DNA of 27,690 bases from Pyrinomonadaceae bacterium (GTDB lineage: Bacteria; Acidobacteriota; Blastocatellia; Pyrinomonadales; Pyrinomonadaceae), in assembly GCA_035628755.1 (NCBI GenBank), contig DASPJG010000542.1, forward strand, positions 1 to 27,690, given 5' to 3'. Below are positions 14,753 through 22,985 of the stretch, piece by piece. Positions within the stretch are counted from its first letter, which is position 1; every line of letters starts with the position of its first letter. The notes under the pieces are model-generated. The model searched no databases. It worked only from the letters and a program-made list of their open reading frames with translations, and was not told the origin of the DNA. Position numbers and translations under genes: made by a program.

Positions 14753-17653
14753 ATGAAACACGCGAGATCAAAACTTCCCTGTACCCGGAACACCTCAACG
14801 CCGAAGCGAGTGCGGTCACGTCTTCAAGCTTACTGCGTGTTCTTACTCGTCTTGGTGCTTGCCGCCCACTGGCTGCCAACGGAGGGAAGTGCAACGCTCG
14901 CTCCGGGCGGACAATCCGAGGCACTCGGACGGCATAGTTACGCTTTGCGCGTAGTGCTCTTCGTGCGCGGTTCACGCGCGGTTCCCTTCGACGCCACCGT
15001 GAACGGCGTCACCGTCGTCAATCCTGAGTTCGTGATGGCGCAGGTAAGTGGCGACCGTACTGTTATCTTTAACGGCATCGCCGTGGGCGAGGCGTTGGTC
15101 TTTGTCACAGGCGCAAGCGGGACGCGCCGCACGGTGGTCGTCGAGGTACGAAGCCCTCCCACCCCTACACTCGCAGAAGTCCGCGCGCGCGCAGATCGTC
15201 GCCGTCGCGAGACGACCCGCCCCACGGGCACATACATGCTCTCCTTTTCGCCCTCCCTGGACGGTGGGCTTGCGCTACTGCGACAGACTTTTGACTTCAC
15301 GCGCAAGCTTGCGAGTAACCGTGCGCTTCGCGTTACCGCCGACGTGTTCAGGTTCTTCGGGCAGGGCGAGCGCGCGCTCACACAGCCAGCCGCCACACTC
15401 GGCCTCGACCGCGTGTCGCTCGGCACGGACTCGGCGAACTGGCGTTTCGACCTGCTCGACAGCGAGTTGAACGTTTCGCCCCTCAGCTTCAACGGCTATA
15501 CAATGCGCGGCCTGCACCTTGCTTCGTCCGAAGCCTCGCCCCGGCGCGGTCTCGAACTCTTCGCAGGCATGGCGCGCCCCGCGCTCACGCTCTTCAACAA
15601 CTCGGAGGGTTATCTCGGCGGGGCAATGCTGCCGCTCTCAAGCGGGGCGACATGGCGCGTGCGCGCGGGATTTCTGGCCGTTGCGCCGCGTCGGCAAACA
15701 GATCAGACCGCGCGTGCGGGCGAAGCGGAAGGCGGCCTCGTCTGGCATGCGGACGCGCGGTTCACGCCGGACGCGCGCACGACCGTCGAGGGTGAAGCCG
15801 CTTACGCCCGCAACGGCTTTTCATGGCGCGCCCGCACCGAACTGCGGCGCGGCGATTTTAACTTTTATGCCGAGACGCTGCGCTTCGACCGCCGTTCGCC
15901 CCTTGCTGCACTTGGCGCGCAGGCGGGTGGGCGCAGGATGGATGCCTTCGCAGTCGCATGGAATCCTCATTCGCGCATCTCTGCGAACTTCAGTTACAAC
16001 CGCGCCGCCAATCGTTTCGTCTCACGGGCGCAGACCGTGACGCTCGACAACTCGGCGCTCTCCACCGGGCTTAATCTTCAACTCACGGCAGGCTCGCGCT
16101 TGAGTCTGCGCTACTCCGGGCAGGAGGTCGAAACCGGCGTGGGAATAACGTCGCTCCTGCGGCTGGATAGTCGTAATTTTGCCGCAACTTACAATGCCCG
16201 TTTCAATCGTCGCTGGTCGAACGAGTTTGAGGCCGGATTGACGACGAGTAGGGAACTGGCGGCGGGATCACAGGTCGAGCGCGGCTTGAGTCTGCGTGAA
16301 GAACTACGACTATCTGGTAACAGGTGGTCAGCGACCGGCTTTCTCAACTATCGTAGCAACATTCCTTCGTTGACGGGTCTCGTCGTCAGCAACCCGCAAT
16401 TGCTCCCGCCCGCGTTACGCAGTGCTTACGAGGCAGACCCCGCGCGCTTTCTCGCCAGCAACCGCGACGCGCTCCCGTCGCTGCTCGGCGGCGTGGTGCT
16501 GCCCGAAACGCGCAGCACCACTCTCGGCCTCAGGCTCCGAGCCGCCTTCGCACGCTACCAGTTCACTGCCGAGCCACGCTATGACTCGGGCGAGGTGCTC
16601 GCGCATGAGCAACGCAGGTTCACCACGGCCTTCAACGCCATCGCCCGGCTCGACGCGGCTCATTCCATCCGCGTCAGTGGCGCGCGTTCCTTCGCCTTTG
16701 ACGGCGGACACAGCCGGACGACGTTCACCCTCTCCTTCATTCACCGCTTCGGCGTTCCGGGCGGCAGCTTCAATCTCGCCAAATTATTTAAACTTAATGA
16801 AGGACGGATCGAGGGGCGTGCGTTCTTCGACCTGGACGCCGACGGGCTGGATGACTCTGAAGAGCCGGGCGTCGCAGGCGTGGCCGTCCAACTCGACGGC
16901 CGACGAAGCGTTACCACGGACGCGCGCGGGCGATATAAATTCTCCTCGCTCCCGCCGGGCGAACACGTAGTTGCGCTCGTCTCGGACAAACTCGGCGTCG
17001 GCTTCCGCGCGAGCGCCGCGTCGGAACAACTTGTGAGCGTCGGGGCGCGGCAGACCGTCGCGGTCAATTTCGGTCTCTCGAACTTCGGTTCAATCGGAGG
17101 GCGCGTCTTCAATGACCTCTTCCTGACGGGCGCGACGGACGCCGCCGGGTCGCCCGGCCTACGCGGCGTGCATGTCCTGCTGCGGGGAGCGAAGTCTGTT
17201 TCGTTGACGACCGACGAGAGCGGCCTTTACGAGTTCAACAACCTAGCGCCGGGAAGCTACACCCTTGAGATCGATCCGATGTCTTTGCCCGCCGATTTTC
17301 GGCTGCCCGCGCGGCTCTCGTGGCCTGTCACCGTCTCTCCCCTGCAACGCTTCTTCATGGATATTCCGCTCGCCGCACAGCGCGCCATCTCCGGCATAGT
17401 CTTCCTCGACCACGATGGCAATGGCCTATTCGATGCCGCTCACGATGCGCAGCTCGCCGGCGCACGCGTGGCGGCGGGAAAGGCGGAAACGATCACCGAT
17501 GGAAACGGCTCTTATCTCTTACGCGGACTTCCAGCCGGACGAATCACCATCCGCGTGACACGTCGGGGTGGCGGCGAGAGCCGCGAGATAAGCCTCGACC
17601 TCGGCCCCGATCCTACTTTCAGGCAAGGCCAGAACATAGGATTCGTGCGTTAA
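14753..17653 (+). CDS. Atypical outer-membrane usher-like protein: N-terminal pilus-assembly Ig domain, beta-barrel, three SdrD-B/carboxypeptidase-regulatory-like repeats
   Basis: Signal-like hydrophobic stretch, then VNGVTVVNPEF...GIAVGEALVFVTG...RRTVVVEV (CpaC/secretin N-domain-like). RFDLLDS...FNGYTMRGLHLAS resembles a usher motif. Many amphipathic strands follow, then three G.I.G..F.D repeats containing TTD..G.Y.F..L.PG. ATG at 14753 (TTG at 14741 in the ORF track). Confidence 0.7.
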   Translation: MKHARSKLPCTRNTSTPKRVRSRLQAYCVFLLVLVLAAHWLPTEGSATLAPGGQSEALGRHSYALRVVLFVRGSRAVPFDATVNGVTVVNPEFVMAQVSGDRTVIFNGIAVGEALVFVTGASGTRRTVVVEVRSPPTPTLAEVRARADRRRRETTRPTGTYMLSFSPSLDGGLALLRQTFDFTRKLASNRALRVTADVFRFFGQGERALTQPAATLGLDRVSLGTDSANWRFDLLDSELNVSPLSFNGYTMRGLHLASSEASPRRGLELFAGMARPALTLFNNSEGYLGGAMLPLSSGATWRVRAGFLAVAPRRQTDQTARAGEAEGGLVWHADARFTPDARTTVEGEAAYARNGFSWRARTELRRGDFNFYAETLRFDRRSPLAALGAQAGGRRMDAFAVAWNPHSRISANFSYNRAANRFVSRAQTVTLDNSALSTGLNLQLTAGSRLSLRYSGQEVETGVGITSLLRLDSRNFAATYNARFNRRWSNEFEAGLTTSRELAAGSQVERGLSLREELRLSGNRWSATGFLNYRSNIPSLTGLVVSNPQLLPPALRSAYEADPARFLASNRDALPSLLGGVVLPETRSTTLGLRLRAAFARYQFTAEPRYDSGEVLAHEQRRFTTAFNAIARLDAAHSIRVSGARSFAFDGGHSRTTFTLSFIHRFGVPGGSFNLAKLFKLNEGRIEGRAFFDLDADGLDDSEEPGVAGVAVQLDGRRSVTTDARGRYKFSSLPPGEHVVALVSDKLGVGFRASAASEQLVSVGARQTVAVNFGLSNFGSIGGRVFNDLFLTGATDAAGSPGLRGVHVLLRGAKSVSLTTDESGLYEFNNLAPGSYTLEIDPMSLPADFRLPARLSWPVTVSPLQRFFMDIPLAAQRAISGIVFLDHDGNGLFDAAHDAQLAGARVAAGKAETITDGNGSYLLRGLPAGRITIRVTRRGGGESREISLDLGPDPTFRQGQNIGFVR

Positions 17654-17708
17654 CTTCCAAAAGCGTCCCGGCGGATTTCGACGCGGCGCGAGAGTCGGAT
17701 GTGAAGTC

Positions 17709-19694
17709 TCAGAATGAAAAGATGGTTGCGAACTCGGAACGGATGTTGTGCGTTTCGCGCGAAGGGATGCCGCGGAAGAGCGGCAGACTGCCTTGCGCCA
17801 GAATCGAGTTGTTCGCGGCGCGCGTGCGAAACAAAGACTGCTCATAGGCGAACGTGACGAAGGCGTTCGCCCTGTAGTGAAGACTTCCCATCAGCACGTC
17901 GCTCTTGGCGCGTCCGCCGAAACGTCGCACGTCGCGTGCCGTGGCCTGGTCGTATCCGTAGTGCAGGTAGGCCGTCCATCCCGCGTGTCGTCCCGCGGGA
18001 GCGGCATCGAAGAGGCGAGAGAGCGGGAAACCCAAATTGACGAACCCGCCCTGCCCGCGCACCGGGCGTTGCGGCGCGAGCGCGGGGATACCATCGAGAA
18101 GACCGAAGACCACCATCGAAGAGCCGTCGATGGACGGCGCGGACGCTGTCGCCGTCAGCCCGGCGGTGTCATTGAAGGTGGAGAACAACTGCCCGCCGAA
18201 ATAGAAGCGCAGGTCTGCGCCGTTATAGTACTTCCCGATGACGGTCAGGAAATCCGTCGGCAGTTGAATCTCGGCGGTGTAGCCGTAGCGTTGACTCCCG
18301 ACTTCAGCGCCGGTCGGGAAGGCGACTCTGAAAGCGGCCGGCACATCCGCCGCGCGGACGATAGCCTTGCGCTCGCCTTGCGTGAAACTGACGATGAGTT
18401 GCGCGGGCACGACGCCCGGTGAGCGGTCGAGTTGGAACTGCGTAACGAAGCGACCCTGAATTTCCGGACGGTTAGAATCTGCTCCCTGCCGCTCGCCGAA
18501 GCCCAGTTGATCGCCGGCGTTGGCGGGCGTGTTGCCGAAGGCGGGGAGGACAAGCGCAATCTCAGGCTGGAATTTCAAGGCGCGTCCGCCGCCCGCATTG
18601 TAGTTAAGGCCAAAGCGAAATTGCGGCGCGCGCTCATAGATGTTGCCGTAACCGACGTGAAGGGCTGTCGTCTCAACCGTGTTCGGGACGGTCGAGGAGC
18701 CGAACGGCGTCCAGTCCTGACCGAAGAGGGCGAAGCCGGTGGTCTTCTCCGTCAGGGTGCGATCAATGCGCATCCAGGCGAGACGCAGGCTGGGCTGGCT
18801 GGAGCGAATCGAAGGGATGCTGCGGTTGTTGGCGCGTGTGAAGTCGCCCTCGAAGTCCAGTTCGACGCGTCCTGTGATAACCGTCTTCGGTGCGGGGTCG
18901 AGCCACTCGAAGTTCGCGCCGATGCGGAAGGCGCGCGCCTTGAGATGAAACTCCGGCGAGCCGTTCGGCCCGGTGTCCCCGGAGAACAGGGGGAGAGGGA
19001 AGTCGTTGCCGCCCGGCGACGATGTGTCATAGACGAGGCTCGCCTTAAAGAAGCCATACGGCTTGACGCGCGCCCCGGAGCCGAGTTTGATGTCGGGCAA
19101 TAAGCCTTCTCGTTTCGGCGGCTCGACTTGCAGCAGACGGAGGGGGGCAACCGCCGCCACCACGGCAGGCAGAGCAGGCGGCTTCGACTGAGGGCCGGAA
19201 ATTTGGTGCTGCCGGTTTTGCCCGTCCGGTGCGACAGTTGCCGTCTCCTTCGGCTCGGAAGGAGCCACACCCGCAGTAGGCGTCACCAGAGGCGTTGCTC
19301 TGATCGCTTCAAATTCCACGGGAGAGATGATTCCCTTATCGCGCAGCAAGGACGCAAGGCGGTCGCGCTGCTCAACCGGGGTGCGCCCGCTCGCCACGAC
19401 GCGCCCTTCCTCGACGCTGATTACCCCTTTTGAAACCAGCACACGCACGAGCGGGTCTGCGATGTCGGCATCGGCGAGCGAGTTTGGCCTGCTTGATGGC
19501 TCGGAGGTTGGGGCGTGTCTCTTTTCGCCGGTCGAGCTTGTGCCGTTGCTGCCTACTCCGGCAAGCGGGGCTATGTGATCGGTGCCAGTCTTACCGTCCA
19601 CTCGTGACCCTTGCCCGTATGATGCTTCAACGGTGCAGACGAGCAGAAGTAGAGTGAGTGAAAAGCGCTGTAAGTTTAGGCGCATGGGGATCAT
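17709..19694 (-). CDS. Outer-membrane porin, DcaP-like, with long N-terminal periplasmic extension
   Basis: Signal peptide, VKPYGFFKASLVYD, ARAFRIGANF, GRVELDFEG, LRLAWMRI, FGQDWTPF, alternating beta-strands, terminal Phe (ATIFSF). Confidence 0.7.
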   Translation of the reverse strand: MIPMRLNLQRFSLTLLLLVCTVEASYGQGSRVDGKTGTDHIAPLAGVGSNGTSSTGEKRHAPTSEPSSRPNSLADADIADPLVRVLVSKGVISVEEGRVVASGRTPVEQRDRLASLLRDKGIISPVEFEAIRATPLVTPTAGVAPSEPKETATVAPDGQNRQHQISGPQSKPPALPAVVAAVAPLRLLQVEPPKREGLLPDIKLGSGARVKPYGFFKASLVYDTSSPGGNDFPLPLFSGDTGPNGSPEFHLKARAFRIGANFEWLDPAPKTVITGRVELDFEGDFTRANNRSIPSIRSSQPSLRLAWMRIDRTLTEKTTGFALFGQDWTPFGSSTVPNTVETTALHVGYGNIYERAPQFRFGLNYNAGGGRALKFQPEIALVLPAFGNTPANAGDQLGFGERQGADSNRPEIQGRFVTQFQLDRSPGVVPAQLIVSFTQGERKAIVRAADVPAAFRVAFPTGAEVGSQRYGYTAEIQLPTDFLTVIGKYYNGADLRFYFGGQLFSTFNDTAGLTATASAPSIDGSSMVVFGLLDGIPALAPQRPVRGQGGFVNLGFPLSRLFDAAPAGRHAGWTAYLHYGYDQATARDVRRFGGRAKSDVLMGSLHYRANAFVTFAYEQSLFRTRAANNSILAQGSLPLFRGIPSRETHNIRSEFATIFSF

Positions 19695-19915
19695 CTTCCT
19701 TTCAGTGGGAACGAACTTGCGAACTCGCCTGCCTGTCGGCTGAGATTGAGGCGCGACGTATTATCAGGTGTTACTATGAGGGATATTCGGGTCCGGTCTG
19801 ATCCAAAACTCTCCAGGCGGTTCTCGTCAGACCTGTTCATAAAGCGCAACTCGACGACCTTCGATTACCGGCGCGCGACACGGTATCCGCTAACGGCGGT
19901 CGCATAAACCAGCGC

Positions 19916-21349
19916 TTACGCCAGACGATTATTTAGCGAAGGGTTCAGTCCCATCTGCATTTTCTTGTTCCGCTTATGCTCGTACATCGCCTGATCCGCT
20001 TCGTTGAGCACAGTTTCGATTGAAGCCGCTTGCTCGGGATCAATCCGCACTATGCCGGTGCTCACCGCGAGCGGGTATGGCAATTTTTCCCGCACGTTGA
20101 AAGCGCGAAGGTTCTCCTCTAATCGCGCAAGCATGATGTTTCCGCCTTCCGGGTCGCTGCCGATTGACAGAACCGCGAACTCGTCGCCTCCGAGGCGGGC
20201 GAGGATGTCGGATTCTCGAAAAGAATCTTTCAGGATTTCCGAGACTTGAACGATGGCCTGCGAGCCGGCCTCATGCCCCAGCGTGTCGTTAATCTGTTTG
20301 AGGCCATCCATATCCGCATAGATCAGCCAGAGGTGCATTCCGAGATGCCTCTGCCGTATCAATTTCAATTCCTGATCTGCCAAAAGAAGAAACCCGCGAC
20401 GATTACGCAGCACTGTCAGGTCATCCGTGAGGGTCAAATCCTGTAACTGTTTTTCGGCTTGCTTGCGTCGGGCGTCAATGCCTAAGAGCAAAAATGAATT
20501 CCACCAGATCAGCATGGTGAGAATCACGATGTGCAGTATCACGGTCAGGGCAACGCCGAATTCATTGTCATAGAAGCCCCGGTGTTGCCCCTGCAATCTC
20601 AGCCATCCTAATATGATCGGCAGAATAATGACGGTGGGCAACAACCGCCGTACCATGATGCCGCTCACGCCTTCATCGAAAATAGTCTTGGTTAGCCCAC
20701 TACCCGGACGTACAAACATGATGCCGATGCTGAGCGACAGAAACGTCACAGCCGTATGCAACGCCATTGGGATAAAAGAGCCGACGCCGTAGAAGGGCTT
20801 CGTGCCGTAGATGTAGCCGACGACGGGAAGCAATGAGGCGAAGATGGATACCCCGACGAACACCTGCGCCAGATAGAAACCGCGCCGCGTCTTCACATGC
20901 AGGAGCAACAGAGCGCAGCCTTGCAGCATGAAGTTCAGCGCCGTATTCGGGGCCATGCGATTAGGCTGCCCCGACGGGTCGCTCGCCAACTTGTCTGTGA
21001 ACAGCCACTGATCGATACCGGTTGTCCAGCCGAACAGGAGTTCACCCAATTTGAGATAGCCAACCAGAACGACGAGGCCGCCGCATACCCACGTGATACG
21101 CATGGCTCGCCGGTTGGTCTTCTCCGGCCGAGAGAGCCACAGCGAAATGCTCAGGAGCATGAACGAGACGGCAGTGGTCGGATTCATGGCGACCATGCCG
21201 GGGAAGATGCGCTTGAGCGGTTCGATATCCAGCGCCCATCCAATCAGCGTTAGGCCGCTGACTGAGACGGCAAACACGCACGCTGTGCTGGCTGCATCGA
21301 ATTTTCGTCGGGATAAGATAATGGTGAGATTATCCAACCGGTTACTCAT
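19916..21349 (-). CDS. Membrane-bound diguanylate cyclase (multi-TM sensor plus GGDEF)
   Basis: About 7 hydrophobic segments, then LTDDLTVLRNRRGF, DMDGLKQINDTLGH, RESD I-site five residues before ARLGGDEF, and ADQAMYEHK. Confidence 0.92.
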   Translation of the reverse strand: MSNRLDNLTIILSRRKFDAASTACVFAVSVSGLTLIGWALDIEPLKRIFPGMVAMNPTTAVSFMLLSISLWLSRPEKTNRRAMRITWVCGGLVVLVGYLKLGELLFGWTTGIDQWLFTDKLASDPSGQPNRMAPNTALNFMLQGCALLLLHVKTRRGFYLAQVFVGVSIFASLLPVVGYIYGTKPFYGVGSFIPMALHTAVTFLSLSIGIMFVRPGSGLTKTIFDEGVSGIMVRRLLPTVIILPIILGWLRLQGQHRGFYDNEFGVALTVILHIVILTMLIWWNSFLLLGIDARRKQAEKQLQDLTLTDDLTVLRNRRGFLLLADQELKLIRQRHLGMHLWLIYADMDGLKQINDTLGHEAGSQAIVQVSEILKDSFRESDILARLGGDEFAVLSIGSDPEGGNIMLARLEENLRAFNVREKLPYPLAVSTGIVRIDPEQAASIETVLNEADQAMYEHKRNKKMQMGLNPSLNNRLA

Positions 21350-21452
21350 AATCGTTCATTTTCATTACCGGAGTGAGGTAGCGACGCAGGGCTTTAGAGA
21401 TGCTATCGTACCCGGTGTGTAAAACATGTCGGTCGCGGTGAGAGCGCCGGTC

Positions 21453-22844
21453 TCAATCTCCCAACTGATATCGTTTAATCATGCGCTCAATCGTTTTGCG
21501 ATCCACCCCCAACAGACGCGCCGCTGCCTGCTTGTTACCCTTGGTGTGTGCTAACACTTTTGCGACGTAATGTTTTTCCCATTCGGCCAGCGTCGGCCAC
21601 TCTTCGATCAACCGCGCGGTCGCCCTATTGTTATCCCCGCTTATATCCGTCAAATCGGCCTCCTGTTGATAGCGTAAACGCTCAGGCAGGTCGTTGGGGT
21701 TGATGTAGCGATCACATAGCGCGGCGGCGCGCACCACTGTATTCTCCAATTCACGAATGTTTCCGGGCCACGAGTATGCCTCCAGAATCTGCATAGCTTC
21801 GGGGGAAAAACCGAGCGGCAGCATTCCTTCATCACGGACGCGCTCGACGAAATGATAGGATAGGGCGCGGATGTCGTCTCGTCGTTCGCGCAGGGGCGGC
21901 AGCCGTAAGCTCACGGCGTTCAACCTGTAGAGCAGGTCTTGGCGAAAGCGTCCGCCCTTCACTTCTTCTTCGACGTTACGGTTGCTGGCGGCAATGACTC
22001 TCACATTTACTTCGGTTGTTTTATTCGCGCCGACTCGCCGAATCTCACCCTCTTGCAAAGTTCTTAAGAGTTTCACCTGAAAGGCCTGTGAAGTTTCCGT
22101 TATTTCGTCGAGAAAGATGGTTCCTCCGTGCGCCTCTTCAAACAGCCCGGGGCGATCTCTCTCGGCTCCGGTGAAGGAGCCGCGCATGTGGCCGAAGAGT
22201 TCGGATTCGATCAACTCGGCAGGCATCGCACCGCAATTGACCGTGACGAAAGGGTGTGCGGCGCGACGGCTTCGCAGGTGAATGGCCCGCGCGACAACCT
22301 CTTTACCTGTCCCTGACTCGCCGGTAATCAGCACCGGGAGATTCGTGGGGGCGATTCTCCCGACCAGCTTCATCATTTCAAGAAAAACCGCGCTCTGACC
22401 GATCAGAGCGATGTCGGATTTATATGCGCGCGAGTTGCTTCCATCGTCAGGGTTGGGCAGGCACTTTTGCTTTCCCAAACGTCTGCGGAGGTTCCCCGAT
22501 AACGTGAGCACTTCGTTAACACTGAACGGTTTGAGGAGATAGTCATAGGCTCCGAGAGCCGTCGCGTCGAGCGCGCCCGCTGCGGAGCCGTATCCCGTCA
22601 TCAGCACAATCTGCGTATGAGGCTGTTCTTTCAGGAAATGCCGCAGCACCGCGAAGCCGTCAGCCCCTCCCAGCATTACGTCGCAGAGGATCATCCCCCA
22701 GCTTTCTTCATCCGACATCTCGAAGACATGCTCTGCGTTTTCGGCCTCGTTGACGCGCCAGCCATCCTCGCGCAGAACTTCGGCTATAAAACCGCGAACT
22801 TGCGGGTCATCATCAACTACCAGGGCTGTGAAGTTTTCAGACAT
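21453..22844 (-). CDS. sigma54-dependent response regulator (NtrC/AtoC family; REC-AAA+-Fis HTH)
   Basis: REC (VVDDD, LCDVML, YLLKP), Walker A GESGTGKE, ESELFGHMRGSFTGA, Walker B IFLDEI, FRQDLLYRL, WPGNIREL, and HTH GNKQAAARLLGVDRKT. Confidence 0.95.
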   Translation of the reverse strand: MSENFTALVVDDDPQVRGFIAEVLREDGWRVNEAENAEHVFEMSDEESWGMILCDVMLGGADGFAVLRHFLKEQPHTQIVLMTGYGSAAGALDATALGAYDYLLKPFSVNEVLTLSGNLRRRLGKQKCLPNPDDGSNSRAYKSDIALIGQSAVFLEMMKLVGRIAPTNLPVLITGESGTGKEVVARAIHLRSRRAAHPFVTVNCGAMPAELIESELFGHMRGSFTGAERDRPGLFEEAHGGTIFLDEITETSQAFQVKLLRTLQEGEIRRVGANKTTEVNVRVIAASNRNVEEEVKGGRFRQDLLYRLNAVSLRLPPLRERRDDIRALSYHFVERVRDEGMLPLGFSPEAMQILEAYSWPGNIRELENTVVRAAALCDRYINPNDLPERLRYQQEADLTDISGDNNRATARLIEEWPTLAEWEKHYVAKVLAHTKGNKQAAARLLGVDRKTIERMIKRYQLGD

Positions 22845-22985
22845 AGAAGAAGTGTGTGAGTAAATACCCGTCCCGGGAACTGTGAAGAACTTTCAGTTCA
22901 ACTCTCAAATCGGCCTACATCTCCGGCAAAGATGCAAAACCCGAATCGAGGAGTCTTACCATTCGCTCTCCGGCCCCTCGGTTTT

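Noticed and set aside
14938-19270. Numerous 100-224 aa alternative-frame ORFs (e.g. 14938-15492, 15519-16040, 17320-17847, 17748-18422, 18432-19103, 18752-19270)
   Set aside because: Arg/Ala/Pro-rich shadow ORFs expected in high-GC coding DNA, lying largely or entirely over better-supported genes.
19844-19862. GG-N10-GC spacing (AGGTCGTCGAGTTGCG, minus strand) upstream of the porin
   Set aside because: The -24 element is a poor match to TGGCAC, so it is likely chance.
21453-22844. GSFTGA instead of GAFTGA as a sign of a sigma54-independent activator
   Set aside because: GSFTGA is a common variant in NtrC-family activators and all other AAA+ motifs are intact.
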